Shown here one piece after another: positions 1 to 9,100 of a DNA stretch of 64,000 nt. The stretch is from Gammaproteobacteria bacterium (GTDB taxonomy: Bacteria; Pseudomonadota; Gammaproteobacteria; Steroidobacterales; Steroidobacteraceae), in assembly GCA_043744295.1 (NCBI GenBank), contig JAYTUZ010000161.1, positions 34,199-98,198 on the forward strand. The letters are read 5' to 3'. A program made the position numbers and the translations under genes. Each line of letters starts with the position of its first letter. Positions within the stretch are counted from its first letter, which is position 1. The notes under the pieces were generated by a model. It saw only the letters and a program-made list of their open reading frames with translations. It was not told where the DNA came from and searched no databases.

Positions 1-282
1 CGTGAAATCGACGTGCCCGGGCGTATCGATGAGATTGATTTTCTTGTCACGCCAGAACGCCGACACCGCCGCGCTCTGGATGGTGATACCGCGCTTCTGT
101 TCCTGCTCCAGATAGTCGGTGGTCGTCGAGGTCTTCAGATCCTTGGTGTCGTGGATGTCGATGATGGTGTGCTTGCGACCCGTGTAATAGAGAATCCGCT
201 CCGTGGTCGTGGTTTTGCCAGCGTCGACGTGGGCGATGATGCCGATGTTGCGGATATCAGCAAGCGGGGTAGTACGGGCCAT
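1..282 (-). CDS. Elongation factor G family translational GTPase, 5' end only (gene runs off the window)
   Basis: Reverse-strand translation from ATG at 280-282 gives [38 protein letters not shown]...[13 protein letters not shown]. It carries the G1 motif AHxDxGKT and the G3 motif DTPGH of EF-G-type GTPases. The frame stays open to position 1 (94 codons). It is absent from the ORF track because no stop lies in the window. Confidence 0.85.
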   Translation of the reverse strand, partial: MARTTPLADIRNIGIIAHVDAGKTTTTERILYYTGRKHTIIDIHDTKDLKTSTTTDYLEQEQKRGITIQSAAVSAFWRDKKINLIDTPGHVDFT

Positions 283-554
283 AGCAAGGTTCCATTAAGG
301 CTTAAGGGGTCGACCGGGGTCGATAAATTGGCGCGGGAGGATACGACGGATTGGGGTCGGTTTGCTCGTCAGCCGAGTGAAAAATCGCCTCCCTGTGATA
401 GGATGCGCGCCGCAGACGGAGCGGGGCCCTTCATCCCGGCGGCAGATCTGGCGGCGGACGCAGATTACGCAGGGACATAAAGGGATAATAAGTCTTTAAT
501 ATTCAGTGGTTTACTGACTATCAAAGCCGCCCGGTGACGGTTTTCTCCTTCGGC

Positions 555-631
555 GCGCCTGTAGCTCAGTTGGATAGAGTATCTGGCTACGAACCAGAGG
601 GTCGGGAGTTCGAATCTCTCCAGGCGCGCCA
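555..631 (+). tRNA. tRNA-Arg (anticodon ACG)
   Basis: 77-nt cloverleaf read by hand. Acceptor stem GCGCCTG/CAGGCGC; D-arm GCTC/GAGT. Anticodon stem TCTGG/CCAGA with loop CTACGAA (ACG at 589-591). T-arm GGGAG-TTCGAAT-CTCTC, discriminator G, encoded CCA at 629-631. Confidence 0.95.
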
Positions 632-633
632 AT
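588..633. repeat. 46-bp direct repeat, copy 1 (3' half of tRNA-Arg plus 2 nt), att-like
   Basis: TACGAACCAGAGGGTCGGGAGTTCGAATCTCTCCAGGCGCGCCAAT is identical 46/46 to 1451-1496. Flanking bases differ on both sides. Confidence 0.95.
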
Positions 634-954
634 TCACAAAGCCGTTAATGCGTGTAGCCGTACACCTAGTGCTCGCGCCACTTTCAATACCGTTGCGAAG
701 CTTGGATTGCCATTCTTGCTGAGCGCCTTGTACAGACTCTCTCTGCTCAATCCCGCATCGCGCGCTACTTGCGTCATACCGCGAGCGCGAGCGATATCCC
801 CAAGTGCGCGCGCGATGCCCGCCGCGTCATCAGGCGCTTCCTCAAGCCAGGCATCAAGATAGGCGGCCATTTCCTGAGGCGTACGCAGTTGTTCGGCCAC
901 GTCATATTTCACGGTCTTTGTCTTGATTGATCGCTTGGTTTTAACTTTGGCCAT
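634..954 (-). CDS. Type II antitoxin, XRE-type HTH (HigA-like addiction module antidote protein)
   Basis: 106 aa with an HTH segment GMTQVARDAGLSRESLYKALSKNGNPSFATVLKVARALG. AGGAG RBS lies 8 nt upstream of the ATG at 954. It sits 12 nt downstream of the toxin gene (toxin-first order, as in HigBA). The stop codon at 634-636 abuts the att-like repeat. Confidence 0.85.
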   Translation of the reverse strand: MAKVKTKRSIKTKTVKYDVAEQLRTPQEMAAYLDAWLEEAPDDAAGIARALGDIARARGMTQVARDAGLSRESLYKALSKNGNPSFATVLKVARALGVRLHALTAL

Positions 955-966
955 GACGGCTTGCTC

Positions 967-1254
967 CTACAAATTCTTTGCCAACGCAATCGCGGTCTTG
1001 ATGTCTATTGCCTGTGATGACTTGTCGCCGCCCGCAAGCAACACGATAAGCACATCGCGCCGCTCCGTGTAATACACACGGTAGCCGGGGCCGAAGTCGA
1101 CCTTCAGTTCGCAGATGCCGCTTGTCAACACGCGGTGCTGGCCTGGATTGCCGTGCGCCAACCGGTCGACGCGCACCTGCACGCGCGCGCGGCCCGCGCG
1201 GTCCTTGAGGCCGTCGATCCATTCGCGGTAGACCTTGGTCATCTCGACGCGCAT
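967..1254 (-). CDS. Type II toxin, RelE/ParE superfamily (HigB-like addiction module killer protein)
   Basis: About 95 aa: ...KVYREWIDGLKDRAGRARVQVRVDRLAHGNPGQHRVLTSGICELKVDFGPGYRVYYTERRDVLIVLLAGGDKSSQAIDIKTAIALAK. This is the typical killer-protein pattern (GPGYRVYY, LLxGGDKSxQ). The start is uncertain: ATG at 1281, 1272, 1254 or 1242. I chose 1254 by family length. Confidence 0.8.
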   Translation of the reverse strand: MRVEMTKVYREWIDGLKDRAGRARVQVRVDRLAHGNPGQHRVLTSGICELKVDFGPGYRVYYTERRDVLIVLLAGGDKSSQAIDIKTAIALAKNL

Positions 1255-1450
1255 AACGGAAATGTATCCCATGGGATACAAATGTCAAGCCCAACTATTA
1301 CATGCTGGAAAAGCGAAGCAACCTCGGGTGCCCGATTTGTGTCTGGCTCAGATTTGGTGTGACTAAATCGTGCCTTGGATAGACTGGAATGCGATTGGCA
1401 AGCGCTGCAAGTGGTTGATTTACAGAACAGTACAATCGTCGAAAGGCCCT

Positions 1451-1496
1451 TACGAACCAGAGGGTCGGGAGTTCGAATCTCTCCAGGCGCGCCAAT
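1451..1496. repeat. 46-bp direct repeat, copy 2 (orphan tRNA-Arg 3' half), att-like
   Basis: Exact copy of 588-633. No matching tRNA 5' half (acceptor or D-arm) lies upstream of it, so it is not a second tRNA gene. Confidence 0.95.
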
Positions 1497-1538
1497 CAGT
1501 TCCGGATACCCACCCGCATGTTCACCCAGCTCGCCTTC

Positions 1539-3308
1539 CTACGGCGTGACAAACCTGCCATTCACCAGAATGATTTGATCCTGGCATAGGATAGCCAGGC
1601 CGTCTGCTCCCCAACGAACCATGCGCACTGGGTAGCCCTGGACGCTCACTCCGGGAAGTGGAATTCGTGCCACCGCGCCGAGTGTCGTCAGGTCATATGA
1701 TGCGAGGTAGGTGCCGGACACACCGTTTACGACCAACACATATGCCCTGTTCGCGGCTGCATTAGGTAGCGTGCTGGCGGGAATCGCTGCCGCATCGGCA
1801 ATAAAATGATTTTGGTAAGCGACCGTTGGCGCCGTCGAATAAACCCGCCCGTCATCGGTATAGAGATGTGCTGCCTCGAGGTGCAGGCGTCCGGGGGCAG
1901 TCTGCAGTTCAGTCGACTGAAGCGAATTGACCAATGTAACGCCACTGGCATTCGCGCTCAGGGATACGATTGGACCGAACCACGCATAGCCATCCACGCC
2001 ATACAAGGCATCACCAGCGGCAGTCCATTGCAGCCAGAGCGACGCGTTTGTACTGGCGTCTGTTGTGACACCACGCTGCGTAGCGTCGTCAAATATCGAT
2101 ATATCAACGTCAAAGCCTCCCGCATCCGCATGGCGTCGAACCACGCCCAGCGTACCCGCTGTGCCCGGCGCCACCCGCAACTCGCTGGCGTAGAGTGGGC
2201 CAGACGCATCGCTGCCCATCGGGATACTCAGATTTGGAGTAAGCCCGGGCAGTACGTAGCGCTCCACGCTGCTTGAACCGCGCATGGCCGCGTAGAGGTA
2301 ACTGCCATCGTCGGCAATCGCGAGAATGCCCGGATCGGCCAGACCAGCAACCGATATGCCCAGCGTTGCGCTGACCGGATCAAGAGTCACTATCGAGTTG
2401 GCATTGCTGGCGGCGCCGTTTGGTACCGACAGATAGAGTCGGCCGCCGACCTGGTCTGCGGCCAGGTCTCCCGCGGTGACCGCAACGCTGCGCGCGGTGT
2501 AACCATTGGCGCCCGTTACGGTATCGCTCACCGAATAATGCACGGGCACCATAAACGGTGATCCGGGCACTGCAACGCATCCGGGCAGCAGACACACGTT
2601 GACGGTTACTGTGTCGTCGTATTCGCCTAGTGCAAGTGTATTGGGTGCCTTGAAGTTGAGGGCGATGCTATAGCCTCCAGTGCCGTTGCTTCCGATTCCT
2701 CCAACGTACAGTCCATTGTGGGTTGAGTCGGCAGTGACGCTGACGGCGGACGCTGGTGCGCCTTGTAGCGAAACCGTGAGACTTGCCGGGGGGGCGACTG
2801 CGAGAAACGGCAACGATTGCGCGTCTACGCTGGCCGGCGTAACGCTGACGCCCAGTGCGGCGCCAGTTACGGTGTAGGTGACCGTGACAGTGTGCAAGGT
2901 GCCGCTTCGGATCGCGCTGCAATTTGCGTCAGTGCACAGGCCGATGTCGACCGTGTCGTTGTAGACGCCTGGCCCAAGCGTTATGGGGTTCTTGAAGGTG
3001 ATGTTGACGGTGCCGGTAGACGGCGACCCTTGCTGCAAGTCGGCAGTCTCGATTCCATTTTGCGTAAACTGCCAACCGACGTAGGCGCCGGCGGCTGGTA
3101 CGTTGCCAAGGGTGAGGGCGATCGCGGCCGACGGAGCGGTGCCAACCGCTGTATCTGCGCTTACCGAAATCGTGGACGGCGAAACGCTTATGGTGGTGGC
3201 TTCACTGCCTCCTCCGCCGGAAGTGCCTCCCCCGCCTCCGCAGCCGCCGGAGAGCAATGCAATAGCGGCCAACAACGGAGCTCTGGCGGTCGATAGCGGG
3301 TTACGCAC
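1539..3308 (-). CDS. Secreted lipoprotein with poly-Gly linker, two tandem Ig-like repeats and a C-terminal beta-propeller-like region; function unknown
   Basis: GTG start at 3308 with AGGAGG 7-8 nt upstream. Lipobox LLSGGC is followed by GGGGGTSGGGGS. Two internal repeats of about 110 aa each end in Y(N/D)DTV...C....C...V.Y(T/S)V. Codon third positions are visibly less GC-rich than in neighbouring genes. Confidence 0.75.
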   Translation of the reverse strand: MRNPLSTARAPLLAAIALLSGGCGGGGGTSGGGGSEATTISVSPSTISVSADTAVGTAPSAAIALTLGNVPAAGAYVGWQFTQNGIETADLQQGSPSTGTVNITFKNPITLGPGVYNDTVDIGLCTDANCSAIRSGTLHTVTVTYTVTGAALGVSVTPASVDAQSLPFLAVAPPASLTVSLQGAPASAVSVTADSTHNGLYVGGIGSNGTGGYSIALNFKAPNTLALGEYDDTVTVNVCLLPGCVAVPGSPFMVPVHYSVSDTVTGANGYTARSVAVTAGDLAADQVGGRLYLSVPNGAASNANSIVTLDPVSATLGISVAGLADPGILAIADDGSYLYAAMRGSSSVERYVLPGLTPNLSIPMGSDASGPLYASELRVAPGTAGTLGVVRRHADAGGFDVDISIFDDATQRGVTTDASTNASLWLQWTAAGDALYGVDGYAWFGPIVSLSANASGVTLVNSLQSTELQTAPGRLHLEAAHLYTDDGRVYSTAPTVAYQNHFIADAAAIPASTLPNAAANRAYVLVVNGVSGTYLASYDLTTLGAVARIPLPGVSVQGYPVRMVRWGADGLAILCQDQIILVNGRFVTP

Positions 3309-3544
3309 GTGGTCCCCTCCTGCACACGACGCCCATTCAAATACGGATTCGACGAGAGAGCGTGCGCCGTGAGCATATCGCCGTTTGGAACTACCAGCAA
3401 TCCGTCGCCTGCGTAGACGTTGCCACTTGACGAACCCACGAACACATATTGATTGACGACAATTGGGAAGCCTACGGCCCCACGCCAGTTGGAACTGACT
3501 CGATAGCGTGAGTAGCCCGGATCGGCGGGCCCCGGGTTTTCCAA
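3309..3544 (-). pseudogene. Stump of a PQQ-like beta-propeller lipoprotein gene (C-terminal blade only)
   Basis: Translation FPIVVNQYVFVGSSSGNVYAGDGLLVVPNGDMLTAHAL parallels the C-terminus of the 21225-23375 product (APIVIDDSVVIGSLSGTVYA...GNGYLVVPAGNVLNGW). It lacks the N-terminal 600+ aa. The frame runs without a stop into the start of the next gene. Confidence 0.45.
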
Positions 3545-3567
3545 TCGGCTGATTGGCCGTGGAATGA

Positions 3568-3945
3568 CTAGCGGTTCATCGTCACGGCAACGGGCGACAA
3601 TACCGATGTGCCACGTAGTGCTGCAATCTCACGCGCTGGCACGCCGACGTCGAGAAACTTCTGCTCCCATTGTTCTTCCACGACTTTGAGAGCTTGTGTC
3701 GCAATGGCAATGGCCTCGTCTGCACGTAATCCAAACCGTGCCGCACTCGAGAGCGCGTTGGTCAGTGTGGACTCGCGGCCTTCCGCTCCATGCGTTCCAA
3801 CAATCATCGCCTGGCGGCCTTCGATCCCTGCCCGACGCTGCGGCAGCAGGTCGTAGGCCTGCGTGAGGCGCAGGCGCTGGCCGTCCCAAAAGCAGGCGTG
3901 GTTCTTGGCGTGATCGTCCGCGTTGCCAATGAGAATGTCGGGCAA
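3568..3945 (-). pseudogene. HipA-family kinase toxin, C-terminal ~125 aa only (5'-truncated)
   Basis: ILIGNADDHAKNHACFWDG...LTQAYDLLP matches the HipA catalytic-loop region (xNxDDHxxNH...L(S/T)PxYD). It is followed by a helical C-terminal domain. The upstream in-frame sequence is non-homologous and overlaps the pbpC 3' end. No hipB and no HipA N-terminal domains are present. Confidence 0.6.
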
Positions 3946-3979
3946 TGACGCCACTGGCTGGCTCGGGCGCCTCTCCTGG

Positions 3980-6163
3980 CTAGTAGGCTCCCGCCGCGCG
4001 TACCGTGAATAGCACGCGATCCAACGCCTGGCCACGGGCGTTGGCGAGCGTCAAACGGTATACACCGGGCTCGGGTGCCCACAGGCGCTCTTTCGCCGCC
4101 GGTCCCAATGACTGGTCATTGAGCATCAGGGTCATCGCCGCGTCGGCACCGCTTACGGTGATGGGAATGCGCTGGCGATTCTGCGGAATGTCGGGATCCA
4201 GGGCGATGACCATGCCGTTGGCGGGGCTTTCAATCCGGGGCAGCTCGCCGTGCGCTGCGAGGCCGGCGATCTCCGCACGCGGGGCAGGGTCGATGAACCA
4301 TTCGCGGCGACTGGGTTCCACTGCTGGCTTGAAATGAATCTGGGTGGCGGTCACACCCGAGGGCGGCTGCGGTTCGATCGATCCGCGCTGCTGGTGAAGT
4401 GCGACCATCAGGTCATGCCATACGGGAGCGGCGCCCGTGACGCCGCTTACATCGTGCATGGAATCGCCTTCGAAGTTGCCCACCCAGGCGGCCACGGTAT
4501 AGGCACTCGAAAAGCCGATGCACCAGTTGTCACGCATATCCTTGCTGGTGCCGGTCTTGGCGGCCGTCCAAAAGGGCGTATTGAGGTGGTTGTCGAGGCC
4601 GAAGGTGATGGCGCGCGCCGCGTGATCGCTAAGTATGTCGGCAATCACAAAGCTCGGGCCCGCGGGCATCACGGTGTCGTGCTTTTCAGAACTCTGCGCG
4701 GGAGTCAGCGTGAGTGGCGACCAGACGCCACCGCGGGCCAGCGCCCGGTAGGCCTGGGCCTGCTGCCAGAGCGACACTTCGGCGGAACCGAGCGCCAGTG
4801 AATAACCATAGAAGTCGCCGTCTTCGACGATGCCCGCGTAGCCTAGTTCCTGCAGGCGGTTTCTAAATGCCTCGACGCCCACCAACACCAGCGCGCGTAC
4901 CGCGGGGACATTGAGCGAGCCGGCCAGCGCCGTGCGCACGCTGACCGAGCCCTTGAAATCGTGGTCGTAGTCCTGGGGAATGTAGAGGCCGCTGGCGGTT
5001 TCGAGATTGAGCGGCGAGTCCTCCAGGAGCGAGGCGGCTGTCAGGTAATGGCGTTCGAGGGCCAGTTCATACAGGAAGGGCTTGAGGGTAGAGCCGGCCT
5101 GACGCAATGCGCGAACGCCGTCCACGTGCTCCGCCGTGGAGTGGGGTCCGGCGGAACCGACGTAGGCCAGCACTTCACCGGTGGCATTGTCGACCACGAT
5201 GGCGGCGCCATCACGGACGCTGCGCGAGGCGAGGCGCGTGAGGTTGTTGCGCAGGGTGTCACGTGTCAATCGCTGCAGGTTGGTATCCAATGTCGTCTTG
5301 AGCTGCTCGCCAGGGACGTGCAGGAGTTGATGCGCGAGCTGGGGTGCAAGCCGGTCTTCCGCAGGCGTTTCGTGGGACAGGAGTAACTCCTGAGCCGTCG
5401 CGCGGATCGCATCGCACCCCACCGCGAGTCCAAGGACCGCTGCGCGCTCGCAGGCCCGGGCGGCGACGCGTTCGGCGCTGGCGCTGGGCTCCGGAAGCAG
5501 GGCGGCAAGCACCATGCTTTCCGGCAGCGACAATCCGGACGGGCTCTTGCCGACAAGGCGCCAAGAGGCGGCCGCGACGCCCTGCAATCCCCCCCGGAAG
5601 CCGAGCAGGTTGAGGTAGGCCTCCAGGATCTGCGGCTTGCTCCACTGCGATTCGAGGCTGCGTGCGAGGCGAACCTGGGCCATCTTGGCTTCCCAGGCTT
5701 CGATGCCGTGCGAAGCATGGTGCGTGCGTATGCTGAGCAGATTGGCGAGCTGCATGGTGATGGTGCTGGCGCCGCGCCGCTGATGCCGGAAGATCTGGTC
5801 GCGTACGGCGCCCAGTGCACTGCGCCAGTCCACGCCACCGTGTTGCCAGAAGCGCCGGTCTTCGCCCTCGACAATCGCTGCCACCAGCGCTGGGGACACT
5901 TCGTCAAGTCTTACCCAGGGGAGCGTTCGCACATCGAAGCGCATGCGTTCGATGTCGAGGATGGCACCGTGGCGGTCGAGCAGATAGGCATCAGTCGGCC
6001 GGTACCCGGATTGGACCGCTCCAAAGCGTGGAACCGACGTGGGCCAGAGCACCATAGCCACGACGGTGAGCGCCAGTGCCAGTGCAGTCCCTCCGCCAAT
6101 GAAGGCTGTCCAGACAACGATGCGGCGCAGTCGGCCTTGGCGCGTGTGCCGAGCCATTGTCAC
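3980..6163 (-). CDS. pbpC: Penicillin-binding protein 1C (bifunctional glycosyltransferase/transpeptidase)
   Basis: GT51 motifs EDRRFWQHGGVD and GASTITMQL. Transpeptidase motifs STLKPF (SxxK), SLN and KTGTS. PBP1C-type C-terminal domain. The start overlaps the stop of the upstream alpha-2-macroglobulin gene by 4 nt (6160-6163). Confidence 0.9.
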   Translation of the reverse strand: MTMARHTRQGRLRRIVVWTAFIGGGTALALALTVVAMVLWPTSVPRFGAVQSGYRPTDAYLLDRHGAILDIERMRFDVRTLPWVRLDEVSPALVAAIVEGEDRRFWQHGGVDWRSALGAVRDQIFRHQRRGASTITMQLANLLSIRTHHASHGIEAWEAKMAQVRLARSLESQWSKPQILEAYLNLLGFRGGLQGVAAASWRLVGKSPSGLSLPESMVLAALLPEPSASAERVAARACERAAVLGLAVGCDAIRATAQELLLSHETPAEDRLAPQLAHQLLHVPGEQLKTTLDTNLQRLTRDTLRNNLTRLASRSVRDGAAIVVDNATGEVLAYVGSAGPHSTAEHVDGVRALRQAGSTLKPFLYELALERHYLTAASLLEDSPLNLETASGLYIPQDYDHDFKGSVSVRTALAGSLNVPAVRALVLVGVEAFRNRLQELGYAGIVEDGDFYGYSLALGSAEVSLWQQAQAYRALARGGVWSPLTLTPAQSSEKHDTVMPAGPSFVIADILSDHAARAITFGLDNHLNTPFWTAAKTGTSKDMRDNWCIGFSSAYTVAAWVGNFEGDSMHDVSGVTGAAPVWHDLMVALHQQRGSIEPQPPSGVTATQIHFKPAVEPSRREWFIDPAPRAEIAGLAAHGELPRIESPANGMVIALDPDIPQNRQRIPITVSGADAAMTLMLNDQSLGPAAKERLWAPEPGVYRLTLANARGQALDRVLFTVRAAGAY

Positions 6164-9100
6164 CGTGCCGGCCTTACCGTGACGGTGGCGTTGGGCGCCT
6201 CGCCGAACATTTCCGGGGCGTACATGGCTTCAACGCGCGTGGCGGGCAGCAGGAAGGTGCCCGGGTTATTGAGGCGCACCGTGTACTCGAGTGTCCAATG
6301 GCCCTTGGGGACAAATCGATAGTAGGCGCGATACCCATCGAACCGACGCTCATCGAAGGCGAGCCAGGCTGCACCGGTGGAGTGGTCATCACGCTGGAGC
6401 AGTGCCGATTGACCGCCGATGCCACTGCCCAGAATGGTGGCGCCCGCCGAGATCGGGTCATCGACAACGACCCAGCTCATATCCGATTGTGCGTCCAGTT
6501 CGAGGTGTACGCGCGCCACATCTCCGCGCGTCCAGACGCCAGCGGTCTTTTGTTCGACGGCCGTCACGGTGCGCAGGAACTTGAATCCCGTGGATAGCGG
6601 CCGATCGAGCGGGAGCGCGGCGGTGGCGCGAACCATGGCCCAAGGGGCACCCGAGCCGGTGTGACAAAGGGTTAGATTGGTGTGACTGGTCGCCCAGGGC
6701 ATCGAGAGTGCCGCGGCATCCTGAGGCTGCGGCCAGGCGACCGATCGATTCTCCGTGCCATAGCGGATACCAGACGCCCCGGTGACGGCCACTTTCTCGA
6801 AGGCGGCGGAGAACTTCTCCATTGCGAGCACGCCCCAGGCATTGGCGACGGTCGTGTTCCAATGCCCAAACTGTTGGCGGTTGAGGGCACCGCGCACCAG
6901 GCGGGGAATGTCCTCGCGCCACTCCGGCTCATTGAGCACCGTCATCAGCATGCGATTGGCATTGGAGTCGACGGAAATCATCAACCACCATAGTGCGTCG
7001 CTCCGTTCCGTAGAGAACCCCATGGTCGTGCCCTGAAAATTGAGTCGCGCGCGCAGGATCCCCAAGGCCTGTCGGGTCTTTCCCTCTGCATCGGCCATGC
7101 CGGGCACGCGCCTGAGGATTTCGAGCCAATCGAGTAACGCGGAGGTGGGCCAGAGATTGGGTTCGATCGTGACACTGTCGAGCATCGAGGGCTGGGCGAG
7201 CTGGTAGCGCGAGAGCGCGTCGATGGCCGCCAATTTCCGGATGGTCAGATCAGCCGTCGGCAGCGCCGAGTGACGCTGGATCCGTCCCTCGACGAATCGG
7301 CTCAAGGCCACGGTGAGGCGCTGTCGATCCGCGTCCGGAATCGTCCAGCCGGCTTCATCGGCAAGGGTCAGGATATAGGCCGTCAGGGTGTCATCGCCTT
7401 GCAAGCGATCAGTGGGGAAATATTTCAGTAACCCGTCCTCGTCCAGGTACGCCGGCATACGACTCATCAGTGCATCCCAGGCGCCGCGCTCACGCAGCGC
7501 TACGGCCCGTGAGGCCAGCTGCTCGAAACAGATATACGAGTATTGGCTCATGAACTCGTGAACACCGTCGAGGTGGCCGCCGAGTGTTGCCTGCAGCGTG
7601 ACCTCGAGCCCGCCCCGGCCCGGGAGCGATCCGCGCGGCTGCTCGGCCGGCATCGACAGCGGTGAGGTCAGCTGCGCGATCGTGGCCTGGTAGGTGCGAA
7701 TGGGGTAGGCCGGAATCACGGTTTCAGTGACCTTGAGTCGGTCGCGGGCCGTGCCGTGGTCCACCGTCGCTGTTACGTCCCAGCTGACTTTGGGGCTGCC
7801 TACTGGAGCAGCGACATTCCAGACGAGATCGCGGGCCTCGCCGGCCGCGATCGTCACATGTTGCGGTGCCAGCGCATGATCGATCCTGGGCGACACGGTG
7901 GCCTGAACCGTGATGGCGAGCGGGGCGTGCGTGGTATTGCGTACTGTAAAGAGGGCCGCGTACTGATCGCCCTCGCGTACCAGCGGCGGCAGTCCCGACA
8001 GCAGCATGACATCCTGCGTGGTGGTGATGCGCGCCGAACCGGCGCCGAAGCGCTGGGCGCCGCCGTGCGCCACTGCGACAATGCGGAAAGCGGACAGTGA
8101 GTCGTTGAGCGGCACGGTGACTTCGGCATTGCCGTCGGCATCTACGGTCAGTCGCGATTTCCAGAACAGCAGGCTGTCGAACAGTTCGCGCGCCCGATCG
8201 CGACCGCCGCCGCCGCCGTGCGGGACGGCCTTGCGCCCGTAGTGGCGCTTGCCGACGACCTGCATCTGTGCCGTCGAGGTCCATACCTCCAGGCCGCGCT
8301 GACCCATCATCGCCTCCAGCAGATCCCAGCTGCTGTTGGCCGACAGATCGAGCAGCGCCTCGTCGACCGCCGCAACAGCCACTTCCGTGCCAGCGGGGAG
8401 CGCATCGCCCGAGGCGGTGGTGACATGGATGCGCACGCGCGCCCGATCACGCACCTTGTATAGGGTTAGCGTAGGCTGCACCTGCACGTCCAGACGGTGC
8501 GGGCGCCAGCCCACCTTGATTGACGCGGCGCCGAGCCGGTAAGCGGGTTTGTTCAGATCCACGAGCGCCGTGATTTCGCGGGTTGCGGCGATCGGGGTCG
8601 GGCCCCGCTCGACGTGAGCGACGCGGCCACGCACGGCGAGCACCGAGACAAAGACGTTGGGTGCGTAGCGCTCGTCGATAGGGACCTCGACAACGGGTTT
8701 GTTTCCCGTCAGCGTGGTGACGTAGCTGGAAAGCACGCCTTCGCGCTCCACCGTCACGAGCGCAGTGGCCGAGCGAAACGGCATTCGGACCTGGAAGCGG
8801 GCGATATCGCCTGCCTCATATTCTTTTTTCTCTGGCAGCAGGTCCATGCGATCGCCGGTGGTGCCGCCGAACCACCACTCGTCCGCGCCGGCCACCCAAA
8901 TGGTGGAGGTGGCTCCAGCGAGCGCACCCTGCGCATCGGCAGACTCCGCCCGCAGCACGATTTGACCGGAGGCGCCGGGCATTACTTCGCAGATCAGGAG
9001 GCCCTGCGCGTCAGTGATTCCGGAACAACCTGGCTTGAGCCGCTTCGTCTCGCGCGTGGTCTCGTAGCTGTAGAAGCCCCCGATCAGCCGCTTGCGATAC

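Larger units (their letters stand above)
634..1450. mobile_element. Putative minimal tRNA-integrated cassette or island remnant carrying only a toxin-antitoxin pair
   Basis: 817 bp delimited by the two tRNA-derived direct repeats, the classic footprint of site-specific integration into a tRNA 3' end. The content is two TA genes only. No integrase, excisionase or transposase ORF exists in any frame, so present mobility is unknown. Confidence 0.45.

Noticed and set aside
534-722. 62-aa ORF overlapping the tRNA-Arg gene; likewise ORFs 1298-1495 and 1375-1578 over the orphan tRNA half
   Set aside because: The reading frames run through tRNA-derived sequence and the antitoxin 3' end. They have no RBS and no coding signature.
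3188-3544. 118-aa ORF as an intact gene
   Set aside because: Only residues encoded by 3309-3544 show similarity to anything (a propeller blade). The remainder overlaps the RBS and signal peptide region of the next gene in another frame. It is treated as a pseudogene stump instead.
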